This document shows positions 27,650 through 40,129 of a stretch of 64,000 nucleotides of DNA, piece after piece. A program made the translations under genes and the position numbers. This stretch comes from Octopus vulgaris. Lineage: Eukaryota. The stretch's first letter is position 1; every line of letters starts with the position of its first letter. Location: positions 123,628,001-123,692,000 of the forward strand of contig OX597817.1 in the NCBI GenBank assembly GCA_951406725.2, in the 5' to 3' direction. The notes under the pieces were generated by a model. It saw only the letters and a program-made list of their open reading frames with translations. It was not told where the DNA came from and made no database searches.

Positions 27650-28200
27650 GCATTTGGATGGTTTTCATGAGTACTGAACCTTAGGAAGTTCATGAGACAA
27701 ATTCAAACAATAGTTCACCATCATATGCAAGTCCTGTCTGCCTTGAAACCTTTGTTTCATTGATTTTATGTCCAGATGGAAATAAACTCCTTGCTTATCC
27801 CTTGTGTCACCAAGATTAACATGGAGTTTACCACAGTAACTGTGGAGATAGTACTCGTATTTGCTCCCAACTTTTGAAAGTTCTCCAACATGTTGTTAAC
27901 TAAAGTCATTTACAAATATTACAAATATATTCCATATTGCTGTTTCAATGCAATTTACTGAATTTACAGTTCCCATCTTTCAACAAATTCTCCAGCTTTT
28001 ATCTTTTTATTGCTCAGACTGAGAAACACATTGCAAATATAGTGAAAGCATGATCCACTATTATCCAAAGCTTTAACAAACTGTTTCATAATGCCAAGTG
28101 TGAATGGGATGAGGGGAGGAGGATGTTTTCTAGTCGAATTAAAGACTCTTCAAATACATTAAAAGCCCCTGGAACTAATGTTTGCTGCAGCTATTCTTTA
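27650..28200 (-). mobile_element. highly decayed LINE RT remnant (CR1-group like)
   Basis: faint minus-strand traces resembling KAFD.VDH (~28048-28075) and DDTK (~27805-27820). Confidence 0.3.
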
Positions 28201-28261
28201 CCACCCAATGTTTTGCCCTTGCTCTGCTGTCCCACATATACAAAAAGCATAGTTATTTGAT

Positions 28262-28618
28262 ATTCTTTTACATGTTTCAGTCATATTACAGTGACTATGC
28301 AGGAGCGCCACCTGAAATGGTTTTAGTCAAAGAAATTGACACCAGATCTCATTCTTTGTAAGCCAAGTACTTATTCTATTGGTCTCTTTTGCCAAACCAC
28401 TAAGTTACAGGGACATAAACTCACCAGCATCAGTTGTTAAGTGAAAGCGGGGAGCAAACCCAGACACACAAATATATACTTACACACACACACACACAAA
28501 TACACATATACAATAAGCGTCTTTCAGTTTCCATCTACCAAATCCTCTCACAAGTCTTAAGTCAGCACAAGGTTATTGCAGTGCAGAAGACACTTGCCCA
28601 AGGTAACACACAAATACA

Positions 28619-28652
<34 letters not shown>

Positions 28653-28653
28653 C

Positions 28654-28728
<75 letters not shown>

Positions 28729-28890
28729 TATGTATATACGACAGACTTCTTTCAGTTTCCATCTACCAAGTCTTTTCACAAGGCTTTGGTCGGCACAAGA
28801 CTATAGTATAAAAACACTTGCCCAAAGTACCACACAGTGGAACTGAACCTGGAACTATGTGGCTGGGAAGCAAATTTCTTACCACACTGC
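28262..28890 (-). mobile_element. diverged family A SINE with internal duplication and microsatellite expansion
   Basis: tttcagtttccatctacca..acacttgcccaa occurs twice around a (TACA)n(TA)n block. Confidence 0.8.
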
Positions 28891-29159
28891 CCCAACAGTA
28901 AATTGACCAACTTGAAGTCCATGCATATCATTGACTAATAATTGTGGTGCTTAATTTTCTGTATTGTTACTTTCATGATTTCATGTTTCTCTGCTAGTCT
29001 TGTAGAGTGAGCAACTAAATCAGAGGTCAATATATTTCAATTATGAAGCAGAATACTTCTTTTCAAGTTTCAATAAAAAGGCACCAAACACTTGTATCAT
29101 ATTTCCCTAATTCCATCCTCTGAAGCAGTCCCTTAGTGTTTGTGCAATACACTAACTCA

Positions 29160-29638
29160 TCATTTGCTGTGATGCATATGGATGAGGAGAGCTGAATAAA
29201 GAAGTGGTGATCTCTAACTGTGGAAGAAACTTATGGACGAGGCAGACCCAGGAAGACATGGGAGGTGTTGGTGAAATATGGTCTTTCAATGTTGAGTCCC
29301 ATGGAGATGATGACAAGTGATGGCGACCTTGTTGATTTGATGTGATTGAGAAGACACATCAAGCCAAGTGAAGTCAAAGTCGTGAACAGTACCATTGTCA
29401 TGTAAAACACACCTATGCTGGTGACACTGTAGAAGGTACCTGTGCTGGTGACATGTAAAAGGTACCTGTGCTGATGGCATATGAAAGGCACTCATTACAC
29501 TCTTGGAGTGGTTGGCATTAGGAAGGGTGTCTAATAGCAGAAACCATGCCAGATCAGACTGGAACCTTGTACGATTCTCTGGCTTGCCAGTTCCAGTGAA
29601 ACTGTCTAACCCATGCTAGCATGGAAAACAGAAGCTAA

Positions 29639-29670
<32 letters not shown>
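29160..29670 (+). mobile_element. RTE LINE 3' coding end + 3'UTR + (GAT)n tail
   Basis: ggacgaggcagacccaggaagacatgg = GRGRPRKTW, an RTE ORF C-terminal motif, followed by the recurrent 3'UTR. Confidence 0.85.
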
Positions 29671-29671
<1 letters not shown>

Positions 29672-29977
29672 CGAAGAAATTCAGCATCCCTAGTGTGATT
29701 GAAGGGGACTTTATAGTTCCTACATTAAGAAGGCTTTTCCCCTTTAATTTAGATGCTAGAACTGCAAATTCTTTTGATAATTCTAACCCCCTTACTGATT
29801 CACTGAGTTCATTTTGATCAAATAGCTATGGATCTGATGAGCTAGTGCCAAGGTAATTCAGATCATCTGTAGCATCCTCTGGCTCAGCTGGTATTCGTTG
29901 GTCATCAAGCTTGTGAAGTTTTGCATGAAATGTTGCAATTAAACAAAGCATTTTTATAGAAAATTCTGTGAAAATAA

Positions 29978-30358
29978 GGCGGCGAATGGGCAGATATGTT
30001 AGTACGCCAGGCAAAATGCTTAGCGCTATTTCGTCTGAGTTCAAATTCCACCAAGGTCGACTTTGTCTTTCATCCTTTCGTGGTCACTAAATTAAGTACC
30101 AGTTACCCACTGGGGTTAATGTAATCGACTTAATCCATTTGTCTGTCCTTGTTTGTCCCCTATGCGTTTAGCCCCTTGTGGGTAGTACAGAAATAGGTAT
30201 TTCATCTGCCACTATGTTCTAAGTTCAAATTCCACCGAGGTCGACTTTCATCCTTTTGGGGTCGATAAATTAAGTACCAGTTACGCACTGGGGTCGACGT
30301 AATCGACTTAATCCCTTTGTCCGTCCTTGTTTGTCCTTTCTATGTTTAGCCCCTTGTG
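29978..30358 (+). mobile_element. tandem family B SINEs (dimer)
   Basis: body repeated at 29978-30195 and 30196-30358. Confidence 0.88.
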
Positions 30359-31148
30359 AAAATTGATGAAGTTGGGGTTTGGCTATCTTGAAATCTAGAC
30401 ATAATGGTAAAAAATAGATTCCAGTTTCAGATTCAGCATATTAAAAAAAGACTTCAAATCAGATCAAAAATGTCCTGGAAACGAAATACTAGTTGTGTTG
30501 TATAATTCTTCCAACAATGACCATCATTATCATTACATAGTATTTAAAATGAGTAAAAAATATGTCAGATAATGTAGTCATACTCTAGTCGTACTCAAAA
30601 GCAGATGTGGGAGCCGAAACTGAGATGGAAGGCTCTTGAATTTGGGTCCCGGGTAAACAACAATGAAATGACTGCTACATTAGAATTAATATTTTAGAAA
30701 ATGTTAACTCATGTTGATGAGTTACAATGAATGAATGTAAGTTTCTTTCTGCAGAGTCTGGACTTCTTTGACTCATTAATATATGGTCTAGATCTCTTGG
30801 AATTACTCCTCTTCATGTTATGTGGTATATTAATATTCTTCAGATACAAGATGTAGCTTGCTAGCTTTGTATTTTTCTTTTTGTCTATTTTATGTACTTG
30901 TAGTGTTTTATTCTAAAGAATGAGGCAACACAGAAATAGCAGACAATTGGTTTAATAATCCATAAAACATGGAGATAGGCAGACAGACAGACAGACACAT
31001 ACACACACATAGAGTTCAGTACCACTGCATAGCAAATTCGGCAAGTGTCTTCTACTATAGCCTCGGGCCAATCAAAGCATTGTGAGCAGATTTGGTTGAT
31101 GGAAACTGAAAGAAGCCCATCTTGTATCTATATATATTTATGTGTCTG

Positions 31149-31995
31149 TGTCTTTTCCGAATGACCTGTCCGTGTTTTCTTTGTATCGTCTATCTGGATG
31201 TTTTGTTATCCCCTTTTTGTATCACCTAACTGTTTGGATGTTTTGCATTCTTGTCCCATTTTGTATTTTTTATATATAAAAACATACATATAAAAACATA
31301 TAGCGGAGTATGTACACTTTGGTCTCTTAACTAATCTTGTACGACTCTATTCTCTTATTCTTTTATTCTTTCCTTCTTTCTATCAGCCCTTTCACGCTTA
31401 CTTCATTCATTCCACTCTTTGTTCTTTCATTCCCCACCTCTCATATTTCCTTGACTTCTCTTCATGCCCACTTTCCCTCCTCTTTTCACTTCACTGTGTC
31501 CCTGTCAGTTTTTCTCACTCATCCTTATTTCTTCTGTCCCTCTGCCTCTACCTTTCTCTCCTCTCCCCATGTGACTTGCGTTCAGCCAAGCCTGACCTTT
31601 CTTTCTTGGTTCGGCCGCCATCCATGCAACATCTATATTCCTCCCTATGTCTGTGAAATCTTGTATCCCTGCTGCAAGGCTTTACTTCCACACACGTCAG
31701 CTTAATTTAATATTTCCTTAGTCGAAAGATACCTGTTGTTATGTCCTGTTATTTGTATTTGTGTAACATTCTCTGTTTTTTCCATCCTTGTTTTGTATAC
31801 ATTCTCTGTTTTCTTCCAAGGAATCTAATGCTCTTAGCTTAGTTTTTTCTTGGGGCTAACACGATAAGAGCAATGTCAAGTATAACCAGCTGAAATTACA
31901 AAGATAATCTGGAGCTCAATTGCAGAAAGAAAACTCAGAATGACCCGTCCTTGTTTACTTTGTGTTCTTATCCCATTTTGTATTTTTTATATATA
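31149..31995 (+). mobile_element. probable Penelope-type terminal repeat with partial direct duplicate
   Basis: gaatgacc(t/c)gtcc..tcccattttgtattttttatatata at both 31149-31278 and 31938-31995; pyrimidine-rich body; ends in (TA)n. Confidence 0.4.
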
Positions 31996-32023
31996 TATAA
32001 AAATATATACTGGCATACATACA

Positions 32024-32069
<46 letters not shown>

Positions 32070-32941
32070 TACTCATACACACACACACATATATATGTAT
32101 ATATATGTGTGTGTATGTATGTATCATCATCATCATCATCATCGTTTGTATGTGTGTATATATATATATATAAATGCACATACACATCACACACACATAT
32201 ATCTATATATCTCTTGGAAAGAATTGAACTCAGAACTATGAGCGACAAATTTGAATTTGAATACTGTAATATATACATTTGACACTGAACAGTTGTAGTT
32301 ATCTGCGCCGTCATATATCTATATTATATATTGATTCCTCTCATTGCCACAAGGCATGCTATGAAGAGGTGTATTCAAATGAATCAACTCTAAGAACTAA
32401 TTGGTACTTATAATGTCAACCCTGGAATTAAGAATGACAAAGTATATACCTTGGAGGCTTTTGCACTCTGTATTCAAAAATATAAAAAATTAATTACTAA
32501 AAAAAGAAACTCTTAAGATTGGTTCTTCACTAATTCTGGTGCTCCACCACATTTTAAATGAATCAACTCATGTATTTCCTACTTACCAGATGGGAATATT
32601 ATAAGTTACAATACTCTGAGTTTGCAAATTTTCATTATCCCCATCATCATCATCATGTAATGTTCATGTTCTCATGGTTTGCATGGGTCAAGCAGAATGT
32701 GTTGAGGCAGAATTTTCTTTATGGTTGTATACACTTCCTGATACCAGTCCTCACCTGTTTCCAAGATGGTCTGGCATATTCTTCACCGAAGGTTGGAAAC
32801 AGAAAACATGCTCGTTTTACTACCAGCACATGATGCTAAGACAAGTGTGCACATAAACATGCACACACAAACACACATGTGTGCATACATACAATATATA
32901 CATATATATATATACACACACATATATTTAGACACACACAC

Positions 32942-32977
<36 letters not shown>

Positions 32978-32982
<5 letters not shown>

Positions 32983-33185
32983 ATCCAAACAAGAAAAAAC
33001 AAAAAAAACACAATGACGCGAGGACGTGGAACAAATATAGTATTATTGGATGCTCAGGAAAGAAGGGAAGAAGGAGGGTTTAACATTTCGAGCAGAGCTC
33101 TTCATCGGAAACATAGAAGGAAAGATCCAGAGAAGGGAAGACAGAGGAAAAAAAATCGCCAACGGTACACATGAGGTCACATGCA
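32978..33185 (-). mobile_element. Penelope pLTR fragment with hammerhead-like motif
   Basis: minus strand gttt-CCGATGA-A-GAGC-tct-GCTC-GAAA-tgtt-aaac (33078-33112); embedded in (TA)n. Confidence 0.65.
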
Positions 33186-33212
33186 TACATATATAATATA
33201 TATATATATATA

Positions 33213-33500
33213 TACTGTTGTGTCTGGGGAGAGTCATTCTCTTTTAGTGCCTTATTGTTTAACACACTCACTGGTAAAATTTCCACTTATTTCTTATTTT
33301 TATTTTCTAAAATTTTCGTTGCATCTTGCAACCTTTTCAATAGTTTTGAGGGTCAAGACTATTTAACACACTCACACCGGTGAGTGTGTTATATAATAAG
33401 GCACTAAAAGAGAATGACTCTCCCCAGACACAACAGAATATGTTTCAACATATTCAACTCATATAAAGAATCTTGCAAACCAAATCCAAAAACGAAATAT
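33213..33500. mobile_element. Penelope terminus with inverted duplication (arms 33215-33275 / 33376-33436)
   Basis: ctgttgtgtctggggagagtcattctc..aacacactcac versus gtgagtgtgtt..gagaatgactctccccagacacaacag; TTGAAAA..GAAA motif on minus strand of spacer. Confidence 0.75.
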
Positions 33501-33786
33501 GTATATATACATATATGTAAATTTATATAAATAAGATTGTTATTTAAAATACCGATCTTGTCAGGTGGCCAGCATGGGAATAAAAACCTCAAAGGTAATA
33601 ATTATTATTAAAATTATAATTAAGGGTATCTAAGAGATACCACAATGCTAGAAATAGCAGCCAAACTTGACTGTAAAAACCACATTAAATGTTCATGCAG
33701 CACCAGGGACAAAGAGACAAAATAAACTAGCAAAAAAATTACTGGATAATTCCAGATCCCGGATTGCTAGCTCTGCATAAGAAATG

Positions 33787-33817
<31 letters not shown>

Positions 33818-33820
<3 letters not shown>

Positions 33821-34232
33821 TCATCATCATCATCATTGCTGTTGTCATTTAACGTCTGCTTTCCACGCTGGCATGGGTTGGATGGTTTGACAGCAGGCTG
33901 GCAAGAGAGCAGGCTGTAATAGACTTCAATCCAATCTGGGAGAGTTTCTATAGCTGGATGCCCTTCCTAATGCCAACCACTCTGAGGGTTTAGTGGGTGC
34001 TTTTTATGTGCCACCAGCATGAAGGCCAGTTAGGCGGTACTGGCATCGACCACACTTGAATGGTGCTTTTTATGTGCCACCAGTATGGGAGCTAGTCAGG
34101 TAGCACTGGCAAAGACCGCACTCGAATAGTGTTTATTATATGCCACTGGCACAGGACCAGTCAGCAGGCATTGGCATCGACTACACTCAAATGGTGCTTT
34201 TTACATGCCACCGGCACTGTCATCGGCTATGA
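33818..34232 (-). mobile_element. RTE LINE 3' end with internal ~64-bp tandem array
   Basis: (CAT)n plus 3'UTR; ggtgctttttatgtgccacc unit occurs four times. Confidence 0.8.
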
Positions 34233-35866
34233 TAGATAGATAGATGGATAGACAGACAGACAGACAGATATTTACATATATATATCTGATAGCCTTCTTT
34301 CAGATTCCCTCTGCCAAATCCATTCACAAAGCTTTGGAGCTTTGGTCAGTGCAGACCTATCATAGAAAATACACTTGCCTAAGGTGCCACGCTGTGGGAC
34401 TGAACCAAGGATCCCATGTCTGGGAAGAAAACTTTTTAACCACACAACCATATGTGCATCTATACTATGTAACAATTTTCAACCTGAAAACAAAGAAAAA
34501 CATTGCTCAGTAAAAATTATATAAACCTTAGTACTACACTGATTCTTATGTTATCATGCTCAGAAGGATGTAAAGCAAAGATGATTGTGATGTGATATGA
34601 ACTCAGGGTGCAATGATCCCTGAGTTGTCTGATGCTCTACCAGTTTCGCCAATTCACTTCCTTTTGTTTATATTATATATATATATATTAAATATAAAAT
34701 GTTGTTATCTAATACTAAATATCTCCTTCAGAATTCATAACATGATTTTAAATTGCATCCGTAAATGTATTTCTCATTGCTAATAATGCATTAGTTTTCA
34801 ACTGTTTCCAAACATTGGAATTGTAAGTGATAGGAAGGAAAGAGAATGATAATTAGGATTATCATTATTATCGCTATAAAAAGAGAGCCAATAGTTGTAG
34901 ACTTTTTGGAATATTTCCAAGAGATCTCGATTGTGACTCAATGAGTCTATATATAAAATTCCAACAGTTAATAGCATATTTGCATCACATACAAGATATT
35001 TTACACCTAAATGTTCTCTAGGCATGGATGGGAAACTGATACAGTACTTGGCATTGACCTTTTCTAACCAGAAGTAAAATCTAGATGATACTGGAAATTT
35101 GAGTCGGTGCCATGAGCTCTGACAGGGAATTGGTATTTGATAGCACGTCCAGATCAGGATAAAGAAATGCCAATACTACCCATTTAATTTTACAAGTTAT
35201 TTCACACTGTTTGAAAGAATGGCTGAAGTATGTATAACATACAGATATATAACAGAGAGAAATCAAAACTTCATTTGCCCTGGCGATTACTACAAAGTTC
35301 AAAGGAAGAGATTTTCACACAAGTTCACATTGAATTAATCTAAATTAAACTAATATATTCAGATACTGGCATGGCTGTGTGGTTAAGAAGTTTTCTTCCC
35401 AACCTCATGGTTTTGAGTTCAGTCCCTGTTATGCAAGATCTTGGACAAGCGTTGTCTACTATAACAATGAACTTAACCAATTCAAACTGAGAAAGAGTCC
35501 ATTTTACAAATGTGTGTCTGGCCGCCTTGATAATTACATAAATTCCACATTACCAGTTTATGGAATCAGCCATTGATTCCTATGGTAGTTTCTACATATA
35601 CTGGCTGCAGGTCTCAGCTTACCTATCAGCAATGAAGTAGCATCACTGTTGAGGATTAATTCTATCTGAAATTGGCCAATTGATATGGTGCTGTGGGAGG
35701 TTGTCTCCTTTATCAGTAAATAGAATTGTGCTTTATTTGTGGCTGAGAGTTCTCTGTCTCTTATTTTTGGCAATGCTGGTACAGACTTGCACCCTTAATC
35801 ACTTTTAATGATGATTGAATTGTGCCCTTTTGATTTTAAATTGCATCTAGCCACCTTGATTGTTTC

Positions 35867-35906
<40 letters not shown>

Positions 35907-35913
<7 letters not shown>

Positions 35914-36888
35914 AATAGTGAAAAGTGAAAAAACTACAGAAGGCTTGTTTTAAAAGGTTAAAGAATATATATTTAAGTCAATATGTCTGAAGAATATTAT
36001 AAATTTTTTTCTTACAATGACATAGTTTAGAAGAAAGACCGGTTTCACGTTTAGCTTTTCAAATTTCTTACGTCGTTATGTTTATGTTGAGGAGAGTTAT
36101 CGTTATGTTTAAGTTGAAAAGAGTTCTAAAAAAGGGGAGGTAATAAGTTATTTCTTCCGGTGTAAGGGAGATAATCGCTTAAAATTTTTTCCTTTCCTTT
36201 GGGGTGAATTTCTCTGTATAAGTATGTTGGAATGGTTAAGTCTGGGCTTGTCCTTTTCAATGAAGAATGTTTCCTTGTTTAGTCTAGTTTAGACTACGTG
36301 GGATCCACGGGACTATCACTCAGACGTAGATGCACACTGCATCGACAACAGATTGCATTCCCAGAATACAGAATGATACCTTTTAGTGAGCACATTGAGA
36401 AATGCGCAAAGCAACTACTACCGCAATTTTTAATCTTTCCATTTTACCAATGTGCTATCGGATCATCAACACAAACTAGACTAAACAAGGAAACATTCTT
36501 CATTGAAAAGTACAAGCCCAGACTTAACCATTCCAACATACTTATACATAGAAATTCACCCCAAAGGAAAGGAAAAAAATTTTAAGCGATTATCTCCCTT
36601 ACACCGGAAGAAATCACTTATTACCTCCCCTTTTTTAGAACTCTTTTCAACATAAACATAACGATAACTCTCCTCAACATAAACATAACGACGTAAGAAA
36701 TTTGAAAAGCTAAACGTGAAACCGGTCTTTCTTCTAAACTCTCATTGTAAGAAAAAAATTTATATTCTTCAGACATATTGACTTAAATATATATTCTTTA
36801 ACCTTTTAAAACAAGCCTTCTGTAATTTTTTCACTTTTTACTATTTTCTATATATTCAACCACGTGCATTCACAAACCAGCTTTCTTA

Positions 36889-36890
<2 letters not shown>
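35907..36890 (+). mobile_element. 5'-truncated Penelope-like element with inverted pLTR (~380-bp arms 35907-36290 / 36473-36853)
   Basis: spacer and right arm encode a GIY-YIG C-terminus (DYVGSTGLSLRRRCTLH..SEH..RLNKETFFIEKYKPRLN); arms nearly identical; (TA)n on both sides. Confidence 0.9.
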
Positions 36891-36923
<33 letters not shown>

Positions 36924-36925
<2 letters not shown>

Positions 36926-37330
36926 TCTTTTACTCTTTTACTTGTTTCAGTCATTTGACTGCGGCCATGCTGGAGCACCGCCTTTAATCGAGCAACTTGA
37001 CCCCGGGACTTATTCTTTTGTAAGCCCAGTACTTATTTTATCGGTCTCTTTTGCCGAACTGTTAAGTAACGGGGACATAAACACACCAGCATCAGTTGTC
37101 AAGCAATGCTAGGGGAACAAACACAGACACACAAACACACACACGCATGTATATATATACATATATACGACAGGCTTCTTTCAGTTTCCATCTACCAAAT
37201 CCACTCACAAGGCTTTGGTCAGCCCGGGGCTATAGTAGAAGACAATTGCCCAATGTGCCACGCAGTGGGACTGAACCCAGAACCATGTGGCTGGTAAGCA
37301 AGCTACTTACCACACAGCCACTCCTGCGCC
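36924..37330 (-). mobile_element. family A SINE, full length
   Basis: close reverse complement of 38350-38758. Confidence 0.93.
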
Positions 37331-37339
37331 GTATATATA

Positions 37340-37510
37340 CTTTATTTAAAAGCAGTTTTTGTAAACAAAAACTGTCCAACGAATGGGAACGTGAAACTCC
37401 GAGTAACAGGTTTTGTTGAATTTCTGCTGCTTTTAAATAAAGCATATTACTCTACCCCTGGATTTGAGTACTCTTTTTTCCACCTTGTTTCACATTTATG
37501 TGTTTACTCC

Positions 37511-37512
<2 letters not shown>
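37340..37512 (+). mobile_element. Penelope pLTR fragment with hammerhead-like motif
   Basis: ctgt-CCAACGA-atgggaacgt-GAAA-CTCCGAG-TA-acag (37372-37409), then aataaa and a (TA)n junction. Confidence 0.6.
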
Positions 37513-37563
<51 letters not shown>

Positions 37564-37567
<4 letters not shown>

Positions 37568-37965
37568 TCATCATCATCATCATTATCATCATTTAGTGTT
37601 TGCTTTCCATGCTAGCATGGGTTCGATGGTTTGATAGCAACTGGCAAGGCCAGGGGCTGCATCAGATTCTATTGGCTGTTTGGCCTTGGTTTTTATGGCT
37701 GAATGTCCTTCCTAATACCAACCAGAGTATACTGGGTGCCTTTTTATATGGCACCATCACCAGTGCTTTTTTATGTGGCACCAGCACCTACATCAATGCT
37801 TTTCCTGTAGCACCTTGGTTTTAGTATCTTGATTCTAATTTGGTGGGCAGGTCTTCTTGTATACAGCAATGTGCCACATATCTCAGTCATTTGTTATTTC
37901 CCTTGTAAGGTTCAGCATTTTGTGATTGGCCTTCAATACTTCATTCCATGTCTTCCTGGGTCTCC
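37564..37965 (-). mobile_element. diverged RTE LINE 3' end
   Basis: (CAT)n, 3'UTR, and ccatgtcttcctgggtct (RPRKTW on minus strand). Confidence 0.75.
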
Positions 37966-38349
37966 CCCTCATGCATATACATATGCATGTACATGTGTCT
38001 GTATGGATGTATGAAGGTATGTACATGTGTGCATGCGAATGTGTGTGTGAATGTGTCTTGAGATTCTATGATAGTTGTAATAAGCAACACTATCATACAT
38101 GTTGTGTTCTCTAATTCCAGTCTTCCAGAAAAACATGGAATATTTCTTTGACTAGGGGAATATATTACATTACTTGGAATCAGGTGGTGTTGCTGTCAGG
38201 AAGGGCATCTATGCATAGGAAATATTGAAATTATTTCTTATTTGAAAAACAGGTAAGGGTTAAGTGATAAGAAAGGCATCCAACAGTAAAACAATGCTTT
38301 TACAACATATATTTATATAACACAAGCAACATATATTTATATAACACAA

Positions 38350-38520
38350 GGCGCAGGAGTGGCTGTGTGGTAAGTAGCTTGCTTACCAACCACATGGTTC
38401 CGGGTTCAGTACCACTGCGTGGTAGCTTGGGCAAGTGTCTTCTACTATAGCCTCGGGCCGACCAAAGCCTTGTGAGTGGATTTGGTAGACAGAAACTGAA
38501 AGAAGCCCGTCGTATATATG

Positions 38521-38553
<33 letters not shown>

Positions 38554-38758
38554 CTGTGTTTGTCCCCCTAGCATTGCTTGACAACCGATGCTGGTGTGTT
38601 TATGTCCCCGTCACTTAGCGGTTCGGCAAAATGAGACCAATAGAATAAGTACTGGGCTTACAAAGAATAAGTCCCGGGGTCGAGTTGTTCGATTAAAGGT
38701 GGTGCTCCAGCATGGCCGCAGTCAAATGACTGAAACAAGTAAAAGAGTAAAAGAGTAA
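38350..38758 (+). mobile_element. family A CORE-type tRNA SINE, full length (resembles octopus OR-type SINEs)
   Basis: ggcgcaggagtggctgtgtggtaag..gggttcagt..cttgggcaagtgtcttc..(TA)(TG)n..(agtaaaag)n tail; preceded by a 24-bp tandem duplication at 38303-38350. Confidence 0.93.
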
Positions 38759-39745
38759 CTCTGGAAAAGTGTGTAAGAAAAATGAATGATTATTTTAGAG
38801 TTAACTGGAACTTTAAACTTCGTGTTAGTAGCCTATTAAACTATTTCATTCACTTGATATCACTTTTGACATGATTAAAAGATTTAACAGAGTAAACTTT
38901 GTGGTCCCCTCTGTAATTTTTTTTATTAACAACATGAAATATGGATTTCAAGTTTTGGCACAAGGCCAGCAATTTCTGGGTAAGGGATAGATCTATTTCT
39001 CATATCTACACACTAGGCCCTGCCCCTGCACCTGATCTGTTCCTATCAAAATTTCTCCACTGCTCATACACTTAAAACCCATCCATTTATCACTCATCTA
39101 TCAATGGCACTAATCAGCTGCTGTAATCATATCATACCAGAATCAGCTCATATTTCATTCTCTTTTTGCTGCTAGCCACCTTTCCCTCTCCCTAGAACCA
39201 CTTCCTTTAACATTCATCCCTCAGTTTCAACATCATCCCTTCCCACTTAGTTTTCAATTGATCAACACTTTGTGGGCCTCAATGTATCTTTCACTCTCAT
39301 CTGAATGGTATGAGGACTGCCATACCTCATCTCATATCAGCAATTGACAGCACCACCAGCTTTGTCCCTCACTATAGCCATCCCTACATCTGTCTAACCT
39401 CCATCTTTGTCCCTACACATCTTCTCTTTTCTTTTTTTCCATCTTCTTATCCTGCACATTATCTCTAAAATGGCTACAATTTCAAAGTAGTACTTCAGTT
39501 ATTCAGTTCTGAACATAGAGAATCACGTGATTATGACTTTATTTGTATATACATCATACAACATTACAACGTAATCACTAGCTGCTGGTAAAGAACACCC
39601 ACTTGATGACCCATACATGACACTAGCTTGTCTGTGATGTTTTACTGCTACTGCAACAGTGAAAAATGTTCTGGGTCTTAATAACAAAAGCGATGAAGTC
39701 TCTGAATCATGAGTAAATGAATTTTAGCAATGTAAGATCTGCTTT

Positions 39746-39993
39746 GGAGGCACGTGGCTTAGTGGTTAGGTTGTCAGCATCATGATTATAAGATTGTGGT
39801 TTCGATTCCTGGACTGGGCGACGCATTGTGTTCTTGAGCAAAACACATTGCTCCAGTCCACTCAGCTGACAAAAATGAGTAACGCTGTGATGGACTAGTG
39901 TCCCATCCAGCTGGGGAACACATACGCCATAGAAACCTGGAAACCAGGCCCATGAGCCTGGCTAGGATTTAAAAAGGGTGCATTTATTTTTTG
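39746..39993 (+). mobile_element. tRNA-derived SINE family C (body 2 + tail 2) with TSD
   Basis: tggcttagtggttagg / ggtttcgattcc boxes; TSD taagatctgcttt. Confidence 0.88.
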
Positions 39994-40129
39994 TTAAGAT
40001 CTGCTTTAGTTCATCACTTTGTCCCTACCCAAAATCAATGGTTGTTGAAAGGGTTAGCTTCTTAAACAGCATTAAAATTTTATTGAATCTATTCAAGGTC
40101 ATTCTTAAAGATTATATAAATCAGCTTAT

